This document shows, piece by piece, positions 1 through 10,448 of a DNA stretch of 64,000 bases. A program made the translations under genes and the position numbers. The stretch is from an uncultured Actinomycetota bacterium (GTDB taxonomy: Bacteria > Actinomycetota > UBA4738 > HRBIN12): contig CAWBIH010000002.1 of assembly GCA_963788925.1 (NCBI GenBank), positions 218,568 through 282,567 of the forward strand, given 5' to 3'. The notes under the pieces are model-generated. The model made no database searches. It had not been told where the DNA came from and saw only the letters and a list, made by a program, of their open reading frames with translations. Numbering within the stretch: position 1 is the first letter of the stretch; each line of letters opens with the position of its first letter.

Positions 1-54
1 GCCCCGCGGTGCGTCCCCGATCGTGGAGGAGCAGCAGGATCGGCCGATCGTCCG

Positions 55-903
55 TCACGGCCGCTCCCGGGTGATCGCATCCACGACACGGAGCGCCCGA
101 ACCGTCGCCCCCACGTCGTGGACCCGCACCATCTCCACCCCTTGCGACGCACACCACACGGCCGCCGCGACGGAGCCCTCCAACCGGCTCGCGGGGTCGT
201 CCGCACCCGAGAGCTCGCCGACGAAGCGCTTCCGGGAGACGCCGACCAGCACCGGCACGCCCAGATCGCGGAACGAGCCGATCGAACGGAGCAGGGCGAG
301 GTTGTGCTCGAGGTTCTTCCCGAACCCGATCCCGGGGTCGACGCAGAGGCGGTCGCGGCCGATCCCGGCCGCGACCGCCGCCTCGAGGCGCCCGGCGAGG
401 GATCCGCGCACCTCCGCGACGACGTCGTCGTAGTGGGGATCCGCCTGCATCGTCTTGGGGTCGCCTCGCATGTGCATCAGGACCATCCCCGCCCTCGCGG
501 ACTCGACCACGTCGAACATCTCCGGGTCCGAGCCGGCGCCGATGTCGTTCACGACATCGGCGCCCGCCGCGAGCGCGTCGCGCGCGACCGCGGCCTTGCG
601 CGTGTCCACCGACAGGAGGGCCTCCGGCGCTTCGCGCCGGAGGCCCTCGACCACCGGCAGCACACGAGCGCGTTCCTCGTCCCCCGGCACCGGATCGGAC
701 CCCGGTCGGGTCGACTCGCCGCCGAGGTCGAGGACGTCGGCGCCCTCCTCCAAGAGCCGAAGCCCGTGCTTCACGGCCGCCTCGGCATCGTCGAACATCC
801 CGCCGTCGCTGAACGAGTCTGGTGTGACGTTCACGATGCCCATCACGAGCGTCCGCTCCCCGAGCGGCAGCTCACGATCGCGGCAGTGCCATACGCGGTT
901 CAT
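55..903 (-). CDS. folP: dihydropteroate synthase
   Basis: 282-aa ORF with DHPS motifs (GIVNVTPDSFSDGG, DLGGESTRPG, VNDIGAG). Followed by folE in the conserved actinobacterial folP-folE-ftsH order. Confidence 0.9.
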   Translation of the reverse strand: MNRVWHCRDRELPLGERTLVMGIVNVTPDSFSDGGMFDDAEAAVKHGLRLLEEGADVLDLGGESTRPGSDPVPGDEERARVLPVVEGLRREAPEALLSVDTRKAAVARDALAAGADVVNDIGAGSDPEMFDVVESARAGMVLMHMRGDPKTMQADPHYDDVVAEVRGSLAGRLEAAVAAGIGRDRLCVDPGIGFGKNLEHNLALLRSIGSFRDLGVPVLVGVSRKRFVGELSGADDPASRLEGSVAAAVWCASQGVEMVRVHDVGATVRALRVVDAITRERP

Positions 904-936
904 CGATCCAGATGGTAGTGCGGGCGGGACGATGGC

Positions 937-1527
937 TCAGCGCATGCTGATGTGGTCCATCGCCTCCTGCCGCGTCCGCGCATCGGATCGGAAGAGCCCC
1001 CGCACGGTCGAGGTCACCGTCAACGCCCCGGGCTTCTTGATCCCGCGCATCGTCATGCAGAAGTGCTCCGCTTCGATCACGACGAACACCCCTCGAGGCG
1101 ACAGGGCCCGGTCGATCGCCTCGGCGATCTCGGTCGTGAGCCGCTCCTGGACCTGGGGCTTCTTCGCGAGAAGGTCGACCACGCGTGCGATCTTCGACAG
1201 GCCGGTGATCTGCTGCGCCTTGTTCGGGATGTACGCCACGTGCGCGCGTCCCGCGAACGGGATCAGGTGATGCTCGCACATGGACTGCAAGGGGATGTCA
1301 CGGACCATGATCATCTCGTCGTAGTCGGCTCCCTCGACCACGGTGACGAGCTGTGATGCGTCCTTGCCGATCCCTGCGAAGATCTCCTCGTACATGCGGG
1401 CCACGCGGGCGGGCGTCTCGCGGAGGCCGCCGCGATCGGGATCCTCGCCGATGCCCTCGAGGATCGACCGCACGCCTTCCTCCACCTTCTTGGCGTCGAA
1501 CGCCGCCGGCGGTCCGAGCAGGTCCAT
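937..1527 (-). CDS. folE: GTP cyclohydrolase I
   Basis: 196 aa with MCEHHLIPF and [14 protein letters not shown] motifs typical of FolE. Confidence 0.9.
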   Translation of the reverse strand: MDLLGPPAAFDAKKVEEGVRSILEGIGEDPDRGGLRETPARVARMYEEIFAGIGKDASQLVTVVEGADYDEMIMVRDIPLQSMCEHHLIPFAGRAHVAYIPNKAQQITGLSKIARVVDLLAKKPQVQERLTTEIAEAIDRALSPRGVFVVIEAEHFCMTMRGIKKPGALTVTSTVRGLFRSDARTRQEAMDHISMR

Positions 1528-1539
1528 AGGGCGGGGATG

Positions 1540-2202
1540 CTACTTGGGAACCAGCGCGTCCAGCGCTCCAGGCAGCGTGGTGAGGTTGAACAACTCCCCG
1601 GCGCGCGGGAGATCGCTCGATCCGTCCAGACGATTGATCCACACGCACGGCAGGCCGAGCTGCGCACACGGCTCGACGTCGTGATAGAGCGACGCCGCGA
1701 CGTGGACGTGGCGCTCCCGGTCGGCCGTCGTCGTCCGGAAGAACGTGTCCCAATGGCCGAAGGCGGGCTTGTACGAATGGGCCTCCGCGGCGGTGATCCG
1801 GAGGTCCACCTCGACGCCGATCGTCTTCAGCGACGACGCGAGCATGTCGGGGTCCGTGTTCGAAAGGATCGCGAGCCTCCAGCCACGGTCGCGGAGCTCC
1901 CCGAGCGCTTCCGGCACCTCCGAGAACGGTCGCCATGACGGCACGGAATCGGCGAGCGCGTCGTCCTGGCCCGGTGGGACCTCGAGCCCGTCCTCCTCCG
2001 CGATCGTGGACAGCGTCTCGCGCAGGACCTGTCGATAGGAGATACCCCGGCCCGCCTGGATGCGCGGCTCGACGTCGTGGTAGCGCTGGAAGAGCCGCTG
2101 GACGTCTTCTTCCGGCCAGACCTTGCCCAGGGCCCGGCGCACACCACCGTCCCAATCGATCAGAGTCCCGTAGCAGTCGAACGTCGCCCAGCGATCGGTC
2201 AT
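1540..2202 (-). CDS. HAD-superfamily hydrolase (haloacid dehalogenase-like subfamily)
   Basis: 220 aa with an N-terminal FDCYGTLID motif-I variant and a C-terminal SYKP..G motif. The 4-nt gap to ftsH above suggests the same operon. Confidence 0.7.
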   Translation of the reverse strand: MTDRWATFDCYGTLIDWDGGVRRALGKVWPEEDVQRLFQRYHDVEPRIQAGRGISYRQVLRETLSTIAEEDGLEVPPGQDDALADSVPSWRPFSEVPEALGELRDRGWRLAILSNTDPDMLASSLKTIGVEVDLRITAAEAHSYKPAFGHWDTFFRTTTADRERHVHVAASLYHDVEPCAQLGLPCVWINRLDGSSDLPRAGELFNLTTLPGALDALVPK

Positions 2203-4171
2203 CGCCGGAGCGGCCCGGGTGCGTCCGGCTGCGGGAACATCTCGACGCGAGAGACGGCCAGGCCGGCGCTTCGGACCTCCGGGGCGCGGGGCGAGCGCTT
2301 CGCGACGGCCTTGAAGAACGACTCGACCTCTTCTCGATCGAGCGTCTCCTTCTCCAACAGGAGGGCGGCCAGCTCGTCGAGCTTGCTCCGATGCTCATCC
2401 AGGATCTCGAGCGCGACGTCGTGCGCCTCGTCGAGCAGGTGGCTGACCTCCCGATCGATCTCGAACGCCACCGCGTCCGAGTAGTCGGGCGTCGTCGCCC
2501 AGTCTCTGCCCAGGAACACCTCGCCTTGCTTCTGTCCGAGGGTCCTCGGTCCGATCGAGTCGCTCATCCCGTGTTCGGTCACCATCTGGCGCGCGATCTT
2601 GGTCGCCCGCTCGATGTCGTTGCCGGCGCCGGTGGAGACGTCTCCAGCGACGATCTCCTCCGCGACACGCCCGCCCATCAGCATCGCCAGCTCGTCCCGG
2701 AGCTCCTCGCGCGTCATCATGAACTTGTCCTGCTCGGGAAGCGTAAGCGTGTAGCCGAGCGCGCGACCGCGAGGGATCACCGTGATCTTGTGCACCTCGT
2801 CGGTGTTGGGGAGGACATGGGCGACCATCGCGTGACCACCCTCGTGGTAGGCGATCAAGCGCCGCTCCGCCTCGCTCATCACTCGGCTCTTGCGCTCCGG
2901 CCCCGCCATCACGCGGTCGACGGCTTCCTCGACCTCTTTCATCGTGATGCTCTTCTTCGAGCGCCTGGCGGCGAGGAGAGCGGCCTCGTTGATCACGTTG
3001 GCGAGGTCGGCGCCGGTGAACCCCGGCGTGCGTCGGGCGAGGATGTCGAGATCCGCGCCCGGATCGAGCGGCTTCCCTTTCGCGTGCACGCGGAGGATCG
3101 CCTTCCGCCCCTCGAGGTCGGGACGGTCGACGACGATCTGCCGGTCGAACCGACCGGGGCGCAGGAGCGCGGGGTCCAGGATGTCGGGTCGGTTGGTCGC
3201 GGCCATCAAGATCACCGTGGTCCGCTGGTCGAAGCCGTCCATCTCCACCAGCAGCTGGTTCAGGGTCTGCTCGCGCTCGTCGTGTCCCCCGCCGAGCCCG
3301 GCCCCGCGGTGGCGGCCCACGGCGTCGATCTCGTCGACGAAGACGATCGCCGGTGCGCTCGCCTTCGCCTGCTCGAAGAGGTCACGCACCCGGGCGGCGC
3401 CGACACCCACGAACATCTCGACGAAATCGGAGCCACTGATGGAGAAGAAGGGAACGCCGGCCTCTCCCGCGACCGCCCGCGCGAGGAGGGTCTTGCCCGT
3501 GCCGGGGGGACCGAACAACAGCACGCCGCGCGGGATCTTCGCGCCCATCGCCTGGAACTTGGCCGGGTGCTGGAGGTACTCCTTGACCTCCTCCAACTCC
3601 TCGATCGCCTCGTCCACGCCCGCCACGTCCTTGAACGTGGTCTTGGGCTGATCCTTCCCGACGGTCTTGTGACGGCTGCGGCCGAACTGCATCACGCGCC
3701 CCCCGCCGCCCTGCGCCCGGTTCATCATCCAGAGGAACAGTCCGGCGAGCAGAAGGATGGGGAGGACGTAGTACAGGAGCCCAGACGAGCTCACTTGGCT
3801 TCTGAGGCTTGACTTCCGTCGGCACACCCGCGTCTTGGAGTTGGGTCGTGATCTCGTCGGCGCTCTCGGCGAGGAACGTGACCACGTAGTCCGTGCCGTC
3901 GTCGAGCTTCCCTTGGATCTGCTGGTCGCCCTCGAGGACGAGGCGCATCGCTGACCTTCCCCTCGTCGACCAGGTTCAGGTATGCACTCAGCTTGATCGT
4001 CTTCCCGGGCTCGGGCCGGGTCATGACGGAGAGCACGCCGAAGAACAACACGGTCGCGAGCACGATCCAGATGGTGGGGGTGCGGGCGAGTCGTCGGAGC
4101 GGGGGTTCTTGTTGGGACAAACCGGCCTCTTCCCTGGAGCGCGATCCTGGGGACGCAATGGGCCCCGGCAT
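2199..4171 (-). CDS. ftsH: ATP-dependent zinc metalloprotease FtsH, with N-terminal region split over three frames by two 1-nt frame breaks near 3790 and 3950
   Basis: The main 542-aa ORF (2199..3827) has the AAA Walker A motif GPPGTGKT, the SRH, and the HEGGH zinc site. TM1 and the periplasmic domain ([14 protein letters not shown] / [36 protein letters not shown] / [14 protein letters not shown]) read in two other minus frames at 3828..4171. Confidence 0.85.
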
Positions 4172-4228
4172 ATGGTGCGCCCGAGCCCGCAGTCAGCGTA
4201 GCACCAGCCCCCGTTCCGGAGGCCGTCG

Positions 4229-4600
4229 CTACCGGATGCCGGTGTCGACGGAAACGGTGATCTCGGTGAACGAGTCGGGCTCGACCGTCACGGTCTGGGG
4301 CTTCGCGAACGGAGGCGAGGTCTCGGAGACGATCGACACCTCATATGAGCCCGGCTCGAGCGAAAGCTCGAAGCGACCATCCGCGCCGGTATCGACCGTG
4401 TACTCGGCGCCGCTCTCCACATCGGTCGCGATCACGGTCCCCTCGTACGGGACGGGGGGACAGGGAGAAGCCTGCGTCTCGACGGGACACTGTGGGCCGG
4501 CGAGCGCCTGCCCACGGATGCCTGAGGTCCCGTCGCCGGCGCCCTCGCCTCCGCAGGAGGCGAGGGCGACGGCGACGAGAACAACGGCGAACCGTTTCAC
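4229..4600 (-). CDS. secreted lipoprotein, unknown function
   Basis: 123 aa. Signal peptide with a lipobox (LASC). The rest is a Thr/Val/Glu-rich beta-type domain. Confidence 0.55.
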   Translation of the reverse strand: MKRFAVVLVAVALASCGGEGAGDGTSGIRGQALAGPQCPVETQASPCPPVPYEGTVIATDVESGAEYTVDTGADGRFELSLEPGSYEVSIVSETSPPFAKPQTVTVEPDSFTEITVSVDTGIR

Positions 4601-4637
4601 GTTCGCTTGGACGGGCGGTACGTGCGGCCTGGTTCCG

Positions 4638-5240
4638 CTAGCCGCCGTAGGCCTCGGGCTTCAGGGTCGCGATGTAGGGCAGGTTCCGGTACCGCTCCGC
4701 GAAGTCCAGGCCGTAGCCGACCACGAAGTCCGGCGGGATGTCGAAGCCCACGTACCGGATGTCGAGGGGAACCTTCTGGATCCCCGTCTTCCGAAGCAGC
4801 GCCGCGACTTCGAGCGATGCCGGCTTGCGCGCCGCGAGGTTCTTCAACAGGTATTTGAGCGTGAGTCCCGAGTCGACGATGTCTTCGACGAGGAGCACGT
4901 CCATCCCGTCGAGATCGTGGTCAAGGTCCTTCAGGATCCGCACGACCCCCGAGGTCTTGGTGGCGGCCCCATAGGACGAGACCGCCATGAAGTCGAACTC
5001 GAGCGGCAACCGGACGTAACGGGCGAGGTCGGCCATGACCACGAACGCGCCCTTCAACACCCCCACGAGCAGCAACGACTTGCCCTGGTAGTCGGCAGAG
5101 ATCTGCTCGCCCATCTCCGCGAGCTTGCCCTGGATCTCCTCGGAGGAGATCAGAACGCGTTCGATGTCGGGTTCATAGGCCTGCACGTAGTCGGTCAGTG
5201 TAGAGACCGCGGTCATCGCTCCCCCTTCGGCATCGAGCAA
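4638..5240 (-). CDS. hpt: hypoxanthine-guanine phosphoribosyltransferase
   Basis: 200 aa with the PRTase motif VLLVEDIVDSGLT. Alternative start at 5216 (MTAVSTL). Sits between tilS and ftsH as in Actinobacteria. Confidence 0.9.
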   Translation of the reverse strand: MLDAEGGAMTAVSTLTDYVQAYEPDIERVLISSEEIQGKLAEMGEQISADYQGKSLLLVGVLKGAFVVMADLARYVRLPLEFDFMAVSSYGAATKTSGVVRILKDLDHDLDGMDVLLVEDIVDSGLTLKYLLKNLAARKPASLEVAALLRKTGIQKVPLDIRYVGFDIPPDFVVGYGLDFAERYRNLPYIATLKPEAYGG

Positions 5241-5244
5241 CCCA

Positions 5245-6274
5245 TCAGCTCTCCGGGGAAGGCGGGGAAGAACGAGAAACGCGAACGTACTCCTTCTCGC
5301 GGATCGCTTTCAAGCCGTTCGGGAGATCCCGCCTCCGGCCGGGCCGGCCGTTCGCGAGATCGAGGATCGATCCGATCGCCTCTTTCGTCCACGGCGATGC
5401 CGAGTCGGTCGAAAGGATGTTGTACGCGGCAAGCCGGATCACGCGCGAGGCGACCGATCGGGGCAACGCGAGGAGTTCGGTGGCCTTGAGCCGAATATCC
5501 GTTCCCCGGACGCCATCGCCGACGCCCTCGAGTGCCCGTACCGCGGCGGCGAACAGCTCATCGCGGTCGCCACGAAGCAGGTCTGCCGTCCTCGCGATCG
5601 ACCGGGTGACGCCTCGGCCCGTCTCGCGCTCCAAGACCGGCATGACCTCGTGCCGGATCGCGGCCCGTAGATAGCGGCGATCCTCGTTCATCGGATCGCG
5701 CCGAGGCCTGAGATGGATCGCCCGGCAGAACGCCTCCACATCTGCTCGTTCGACATCGAAGAGAGGTTGCACGAGCGCGCGGTTCCGGTGGCCAGGATCG
5801 ATCCCCGCGATCCCCTCGAGACCGGAGCCACGGATCAGGTTGAGCAAGACCGTCTCGGCCTGATCGTCGAGGGTGTGCCCCTCCGCGGTTGCGCTTGCCG
5901 CCGATCTCGCGACGAACGTCGTTCGCGGCGCTCATCCGAGCCACGGTGGCCCACGCCTCGACGGACACTCCCTTGCTCGGTCCGTCCTCGGCCGTTCGGA
6001 GATAGACCGGGAGCATCAAGCGTTCGGCGAGGTTCCGAACATACGCGGCGTCCTTCGCAGAATCGGGCCGCAGCTTGTGATCGAAGTGGAAGACCGCCAG
6101 CCGGATCTTGAACAGGCGCCGGAGGTGCCACAACGAATAGAGCAGACAGACGGAGTCCGGGCCGCCGCTGCACGCAACGAGCACGAGGTCACCGGGGCCG
6201 AACATCTCGTGCTCGCGGACCGTCTTGGTGACCCGCTCCAGCACCCTGGCGACCGCCGGAGGCCGGCGAGGCAT
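5245..6274 (-). CDS. tilS: tRNA(Ile)-lysidine synthetase TilS, split by one frame break near 5860-5890
   Basis: The N-terminal ORF (5558..6274) has the PP-loop SGGPDS. The C-terminal ORF (5245..5847) begins LNLIRGSGLEG and continues the TilS fold. The two frames join within the DDQAETV region at a GGGG run. Confidence 0.8.
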
Positions 6275-6275
6275 C

Positions 6276-7352
6276 TCAGCTCCCGGCGACGCGCGCGATC
6301 CAGCGGGCGGGCTCTTCGATCTCCTCCACGGTCGGAAGCCCTTCCGGCGCGAGCCACGCGCGGTTGAACCCGTCCATGCCCGAGTGGGCGACGACCTCTC
6401 GGACGAATCGCTCGCCGGCGTCGTATTGCTCGATCTTCTTGTCGAACCCGATCGCGCGCTGGAAGGACCGCTCGAGGCTCCCCGCCCGCTGCCTCCGGTC
6501 CGCCAGCGCTTTCCGCATCCGCGCCAGGTCCTTGACGTGATCCTGGGCGACCTCGTTCATCACGAACGATGCGTGGCCCTCGAGGAGGGACATCACGCCC
6601 TGGACGTGGCGGACGATGTCGCGTTGCTCGTCGTTCAGCAGGAGGAAGAGCCCGCCCATCCCTCGAAGGTCGGCCCCGGCGCGCGCCTCCTCGATCGCTC
6701 GTCGGAGCTGCTGCCCGAAGTCCATCGACTCGAGGGAGATCGTGCCGAGATAGCGATCCACCTGCGCGCGGATGTGACCTCGGAGCCAGGGCGCGGCTCC
6801 GAACTGGACGCGGTGTGTCACCTCGTGGACGGCGATCCACAAACGGAAGTCGCGGGGCGGGAGCGAGAAGCGCTGCTCCACCTCGGCCACGTTGGGCCCG
6901 ACGAAGTACAGGAGTCCCTCGTCATCCGGTGGGAGGAAGGCGTCGTATTGCCCCAGCACCCGCCTCGAGACGTAGCCGAGGAGCCCGCCGGCCTGGGCGC
7001 CGAGCGCCTTCCGTCGGATCGTGCCGTGACCGGACTGCTTGGCCAAGATCCGGCCCGCCAACGGCTCCAGCATCCGCTGGAGGCCGGCGAGATTCGCGCG
7101 GATCCAATCGCCCCGACCCATCACCCAGGCTCGTGATCGGAACCCACCGGGATCGAGCGCGGTGAATCCGGTGATCCGCTCCTCGGCGAACGAGACGAGC
7201 TCCGCGAAGTCCTCCCGCATGCGTGCTCGCTCGGCGGGCGGGACGCGGACACCGGGACCGGCGACTCGTCGGCCGATCGCGAGAGCGGCGTCCCAGTCCG
7301 CCAGACGAGCGGCCTCGGATCCCATGGACCAGTCGACCTGGGTTGCGTCCAT
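6276..7352 (-). CDS. zinc-dependent metalloprotease (HEXXH) of unknown function, conserved upstream of tilS in Actinobacteria
   Basis: 358 aa with an HEVTH motif. The position next to tilS matches actinobacterial synteny. Confidence 0.65.
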   Translation of the reverse strand: MDATQVDWSMGSEAARLADWDAALAIGRRVAGPGVRVPPAERARMREDFAELVSFAEERITGFTALDPGGFRSRAWVMGRGDWIRANLAGLQRMLEPLAGRILAKQSGHGTIRRKALGAQAGGLLGYVSRRVLGQYDAFLPPDDEGLLYFVGPNVAEVEQRFSLPPRDFRLWIAVHEVTHRVQFGAAPWLRGHIRAQVDRYLGTISLESMDFGQQLRRAIEEARAGADLRGMGGLFLLLNDEQRDIVRHVQGVMSLLEGHASFVMNEVAQDHVKDLARMRKALADRRQRAGSLERSFQRAIGFDKKIEQYDAGERFVREVVAHSGMDGFNRAWLAPEGLPTVEEIEEPARWIARVAGS

Positions 7353-7378
7353 CTCGACAGGCTACGCGCTTCGGGAGG

Positions 7379-8086
7379 CTAGGCCTCGCCGGCGGCCTTC
7401 TTGCGCGCCGCGATCATCGCGGCGCGACGAGCCTGCCCCTCCGCGACGCGCTTGTCGGTCCCCTTGTCGAGCAGCTCCTTCAATGTCTGGTCGAAAACCT
7501 CCTGGTCCAATGCGACCTCGACCCGCTCGGCCGGGGGAGGTGCCGCGGCCGGGGGGGCATCGGCGGGTGCCGGCTGAGCTTGGGCCGCTTCCGCAGGGGC
7601 CTCCTCGCTCGCGGGCGCTTCCGGCGGCGCCTCGGTCGACGGCGCCTCAGCCGCCTGGGCGGGCGCGGGAGCCGGAGCAGCCGCAGCTGGCGCGGGCGCG
7701 GCGGCGGCAGCGGCCGCCGGCGCGGAGGCCGCGACACCGGCGGGCTGCGGCAAGGGCGGTGGGGCCACCACCATCGGAGCCGCCGCCTTGATGTCCACGG
7801 TGCGGCGCGGGAGCTCCTCGCCGGGGCGAACCCGGTCGGCGCGCACGACCTTCAGGGTCGACTCGTCAGTGGAGAAGCGCGGCGCGTAGCGGATGTAGGC
7901 GGCCACCAGCATCAAGAGCACGAGGAGTCCGATCGCACCGAACAGGATCGCCATCCCGTGGACCCAGCCGCCCGTGTTGATCTCGGGAGTGACGGAAGGG
8001 TCGACCGGGGTCTGGGCGAGAGCGGCGGTGGCAGGGAGGAGCATCACGAGGGCGGCGGCAGACATGATCGCTCGGAGGGCCCTCAT
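7379..8086 (-). CDS. membrane-anchored Ala/Pro-rich protein, unknown function
   Basis: Start reset to the ATG at 8086 (MRALRAIMSAAALVML...). The 376-aa track ORF runs through the tRNA and is too long. Signal/TM segment, a second TM, then a low-complexity (PA)n region and a charged C-terminus. Confidence 0.55.
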   Translation of the reverse strand: MRALRAIMSAAALVMLLPATAALAQTPVDPSVTPEINTGGWVHGMAILFGAIGLLVLLMLVAAYIRYAPRFSTDESTLKVVRADRVRPGEELPRRTVDIKAAAPMVVAPPPLPQPAGVAASAPAAAAAAAPAPAAAAPAPAPAQAAEAPSTEAPPEAPASEEAPAEAAQAQPAPADAPPAAAPPPAERVEVALDQEVFDQTLKELLDKGTDKRVAEGQARRAAMIAARKKAAGEA

Positions 8087-8152
8087 TCGCGGCGATTCTC
8101 CCAACCTGTGACCTCCTCCTGCAACTTTCGCCGGCGCCCGTGACGGCAGCCG

Positions 8153-8224
8153 AGCCGGAGATGGGATTCGAACCCATGACCTACCACTTACGAGGCGGTT
8201 GCTCTGCCACTGAGCTACTCCGGC
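8153..8224 (-). tRNA. tRNA-Thr (anticodon CGU)
   Basis: Reverse complement is GCCGGAGTAGCTCAGTGGCAGAGCAACCGCCTCGTAAGTGGTAGGTCATGGGTTCGAATCCCATCTCCGGCT. Cloverleaf folds with a 7-bp acceptor stem, D and T arms (GGGTTCGAATCCC), and anticodon loop CTCGTAA, giving anticodon CGT. Confidence 0.9.
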
Positions 8225-8339
8225 GAACGAGGCAGGATACCAACGGCCCAGGTCGCGGCCGGTATGAGTGCTGGCATCACCCACGGTTCGCCGGCCCTCA
8301 CCATTGGCTGCGAACCACCCGAGGCGCCATGATGCGCGG

Positions 8340-10448
8340 ATGGCATCCATCGACACCGACGCCGTGGGCCCGGTCCGCCGGGTGATGGTGGGCACCGATC
8401 GATCCGAAACCGCCACGAGAGCGGTCGAGTGGGCTGCCTCGTTCGCCGAGCGGTTCGGCGCCGAGCTCCACGTCGTGCAGGTGGTCGTCCCCCAGCACCC
8501 GGCCGACACGGAGTACGGCGCGGCCGAAGCGACGCGGGCGCACAGCGCCGCCGACGAGCTCCAGGTCTATACGACACAACTCGCGGGCGAGCGGGGACAC
8601 GCGCATGTGGTGATCGACGACGACCCCGCGATGGCGATCGTGCGCTCCTCCGAGGACCAGGCGGTCGACGTCCTGATCGTCGGGAACGCAGGGATGGCGG
8701 GCCGCAAGGAATTCCTCCTCGGGAACGTGCCGAACCGGATCAGCCACAACGCGCGCTGCACGGTGATCATCGTGAACACCACGAACGGCCAGACGACCGC
8801 GGTGCGGAACCCGTCCTCCGCCACCGCGATCCGTTCATCCCACGCGGAACCGGTGACCCGGCCGCATCTGGTCGCCCGCGGCACGAAGATCGGCGTCGTC
8901 TTCGCGAAGCACGGCCTGCGGGAGCTCTTCGGCCGACCCGACGAGGAGGGCATCGTGGGCCGGCGACGCCAGGCCAAACGACTCCGTACGGCATTGGAGG
9001 AGCTCGGTCCCACGTTCTGCAAGCTCGGTCAGATCCTTTCGACGCGGCCGGACCTGCTCCCGTCTGAGTTCATCGAAGAGCTCGCGACCTTGCAGGACAA
9101 CGTGCCCCCGCTCAGCGAGGCACAGGTCGTTTCGGTGATGGAGCAAGAGCTCGGCGTCCCCTGGGAGGACGTCTTCGAGACGATCGAACCGCACCCGCTC
9201 GCGGCCGGAACGATCGCCCAGGTTCACCGGGCGTCGCTCGCGACGGGAGAGAAGGTCGTGATCAAGATCCAGCGACCCGATGCGCGGGAGCTGATCGAGC
9301 AGGACCTCGCGCTGTTGGAGGTCTTCGCGGAGAAGGCATCGAAACGCCCCGGTCTGAAACTCGTCATCGACATGGAAGCGGTCTTCCAGCACCTGTCGGA
9401 CTCGCTCCAGCGAGAGCTGGACTTCCGACAGGAAGCCTCGAACATGCAGCGGATCGGTGAGGTGCTCGAACCCTTCCCGAGGCTCGCCGTGCCGGCGGTG
9501 CACCGTGACCTGTCCACCTCGCGGCTCCTGGTGATGCACGACGTGGGTGGGGGCCCGCTCGACTCGGCTCCTGAAGGCGCGCCGAGACAGGAGGCTGCCC
9601 GTCAGCTGCTCGAGTCCTTCTACAAGCAGATCATGGTCGACGGGTTCTTCCACGCCGACCCGCATCCAGGGAACCTGATGTGGCAGCCGCTGGAGGAGCG
9701 CCTGTACTTCCTCGACCTCGGGATGGTCGGCGAAGTCGGCGCCGACATGCGCGAACACCTGATGCTCCTCCTGATGGCGTTCTCTCAGGAGGACGTCGGA
9801 TTCCTGACGGACGTCACGCTGATGCTGGCGAACGCGATCGAGCGCAGCGACCTCGACGTGGACAAATTCCAGTCGGAGATCGGGGGGCTCATGGCTCGAT
9901 ACCGGACGTCCTCCCTGAAGGACATCCAACTCGGTCCGATCCTCCAGGAGATGACGGAGATCTCGCTCCGTTTCGGCGTGCCGCTGCCCGCATCGCTGGC
10001 GCTCACCGGCAAGGCCCTCGCGCAGATGCAGCTCGCGACCGCGCAACTCGATCCCGACCTGGATCCCTTCGAAGTGGCCGGCAAGTTCCTGATGCGCAGC
10101 CTGCTGCGCGGGATGGCCGGGCGGATCGATCCGAAGGCGGTCTTCTACCAGTCGCAGAAGCTGAAGGTGCGCGCGATGCGTGTCGTCGAGGCGATCGAGC
10201 GGATGATCGGCGCCCGGCCCGGTCAGAAGATGGAGATCAACTTCCGGGCGGCGCCGCTCGAGGCCACGGTGCGCCGGGCCGGGCGCCAGCTCGCGCTCGG
10301 TCTCACGGCGGGCGCGGCGATCCTCGCGAGCGGGCTGACCGCGATGTCGGCGCGGGTGCCCGGTTGGGTTCCGATCACGTTCGGCATCGTCGGCGGCGTG
10401 CTGACGTTCGGGTTGCTCCTGGACCTCTTCAACAACCGCAGCCGCTAG
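8340..10448 (+). CDS. universal stress protein domain fused to an ABC1/UbiB-family atypical protein kinase with C-terminal TM helices
   Basis: N-terminus has the USP ATP-binding signature (VGNAGMAGRKEFLLGNVPNRISH). The remainder shows ABC1/UbiB kinase motifs (EELGPTFCKLGQILSTRPDLLP, HADPHPGNL). Start taken at the in-frame ATG at 8340. Confidence 0.75.
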   Translation: MASIDTDAVGPVRRVMVGTDRSETATRAVEWAASFAERFGAELHVVQVVVPQHPADTEYGAAEATRAHSAADELQVYTTQLAGERGHAHVVIDDDPAMAIVRSSEDQAVDVLIVGNAGMAGRKEFLLGNVPNRISHNARCTVIIVNTTNGQTTAVRNPSSATAIRSSHAEPVTRPHLVARGTKIGVVFAKHGLRELFGRPDEEGIVGRRRQAKRLRTALEELGPTFCKLGQILSTRPDLLPSEFIEELATLQDNVPPLSEAQVVSVMEQELGVPWEDVFETIEPHPLAAGTIAQVHRASLATGEKVVIKIQRPDARELIEQDLALLEVFAEKASKRPGLKLVIDMEAVFQHLSDSLQRELDFRQEASNMQRIGEVLEPFPRLAVPAVHRDLSTSRLLVMHDVGGGPLDSAPEGAPRQEAARQLLESFYKQIMVDGFFHADPHPGNLMWQPLEERLYFLDLGMVGEVGADMREHLMLLLMAFSQEDVGFLTDVTLMLANAIERSDLDVDKFQSEIGGLMARYRTSSLKDIQLGPILQEMTEISLRFGVPLPASLALTGKALAQMQLATAQLDPDLDPFEVAGKFLMRSLLRGMAGRIDPKAVFYQSQKLKVRAMRVVEAIERMIGARPGQKMEINFRAAPLEATVRRAGRQLALGLTAGAAILASGLTAMSARVPGWVPITFGIVGGVLTFGLLLDLFNNRSR

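Noticed and set aside
1935-3812. 625-aa plus-strand ORF antisense to ftsH and similar long antisense ORFs (1298..2398, 8835..10046, 11265..13196, 19527..21716, 35601..37370, 47652..49916, 48311..50092, 61594..62859, 62550..63230)
   Set aside because: No domain signatures and extreme Arg/Pro/Gly bias. Each overlaps a well-supported gene on the other strand or frame, so they are GC-driven stop-codon-free artefacts.
7480-7760. Repetitive GCC/GCG-rich DNA that might be a tandem repeat element
   Set aside because: It encodes the Ala/Pro-rich low-complexity linker of the membrane protein 7379..8086 and is in frame, so it is not a non-coding repeat.
8140-8385. 81-aa plus ORF and the N-terminal 140 aa of the 376-aa minus ORF
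   Set aside because: Both are read through the tRNA-Thr gene. The true CDS on the minus strand starts downstream at 8086.
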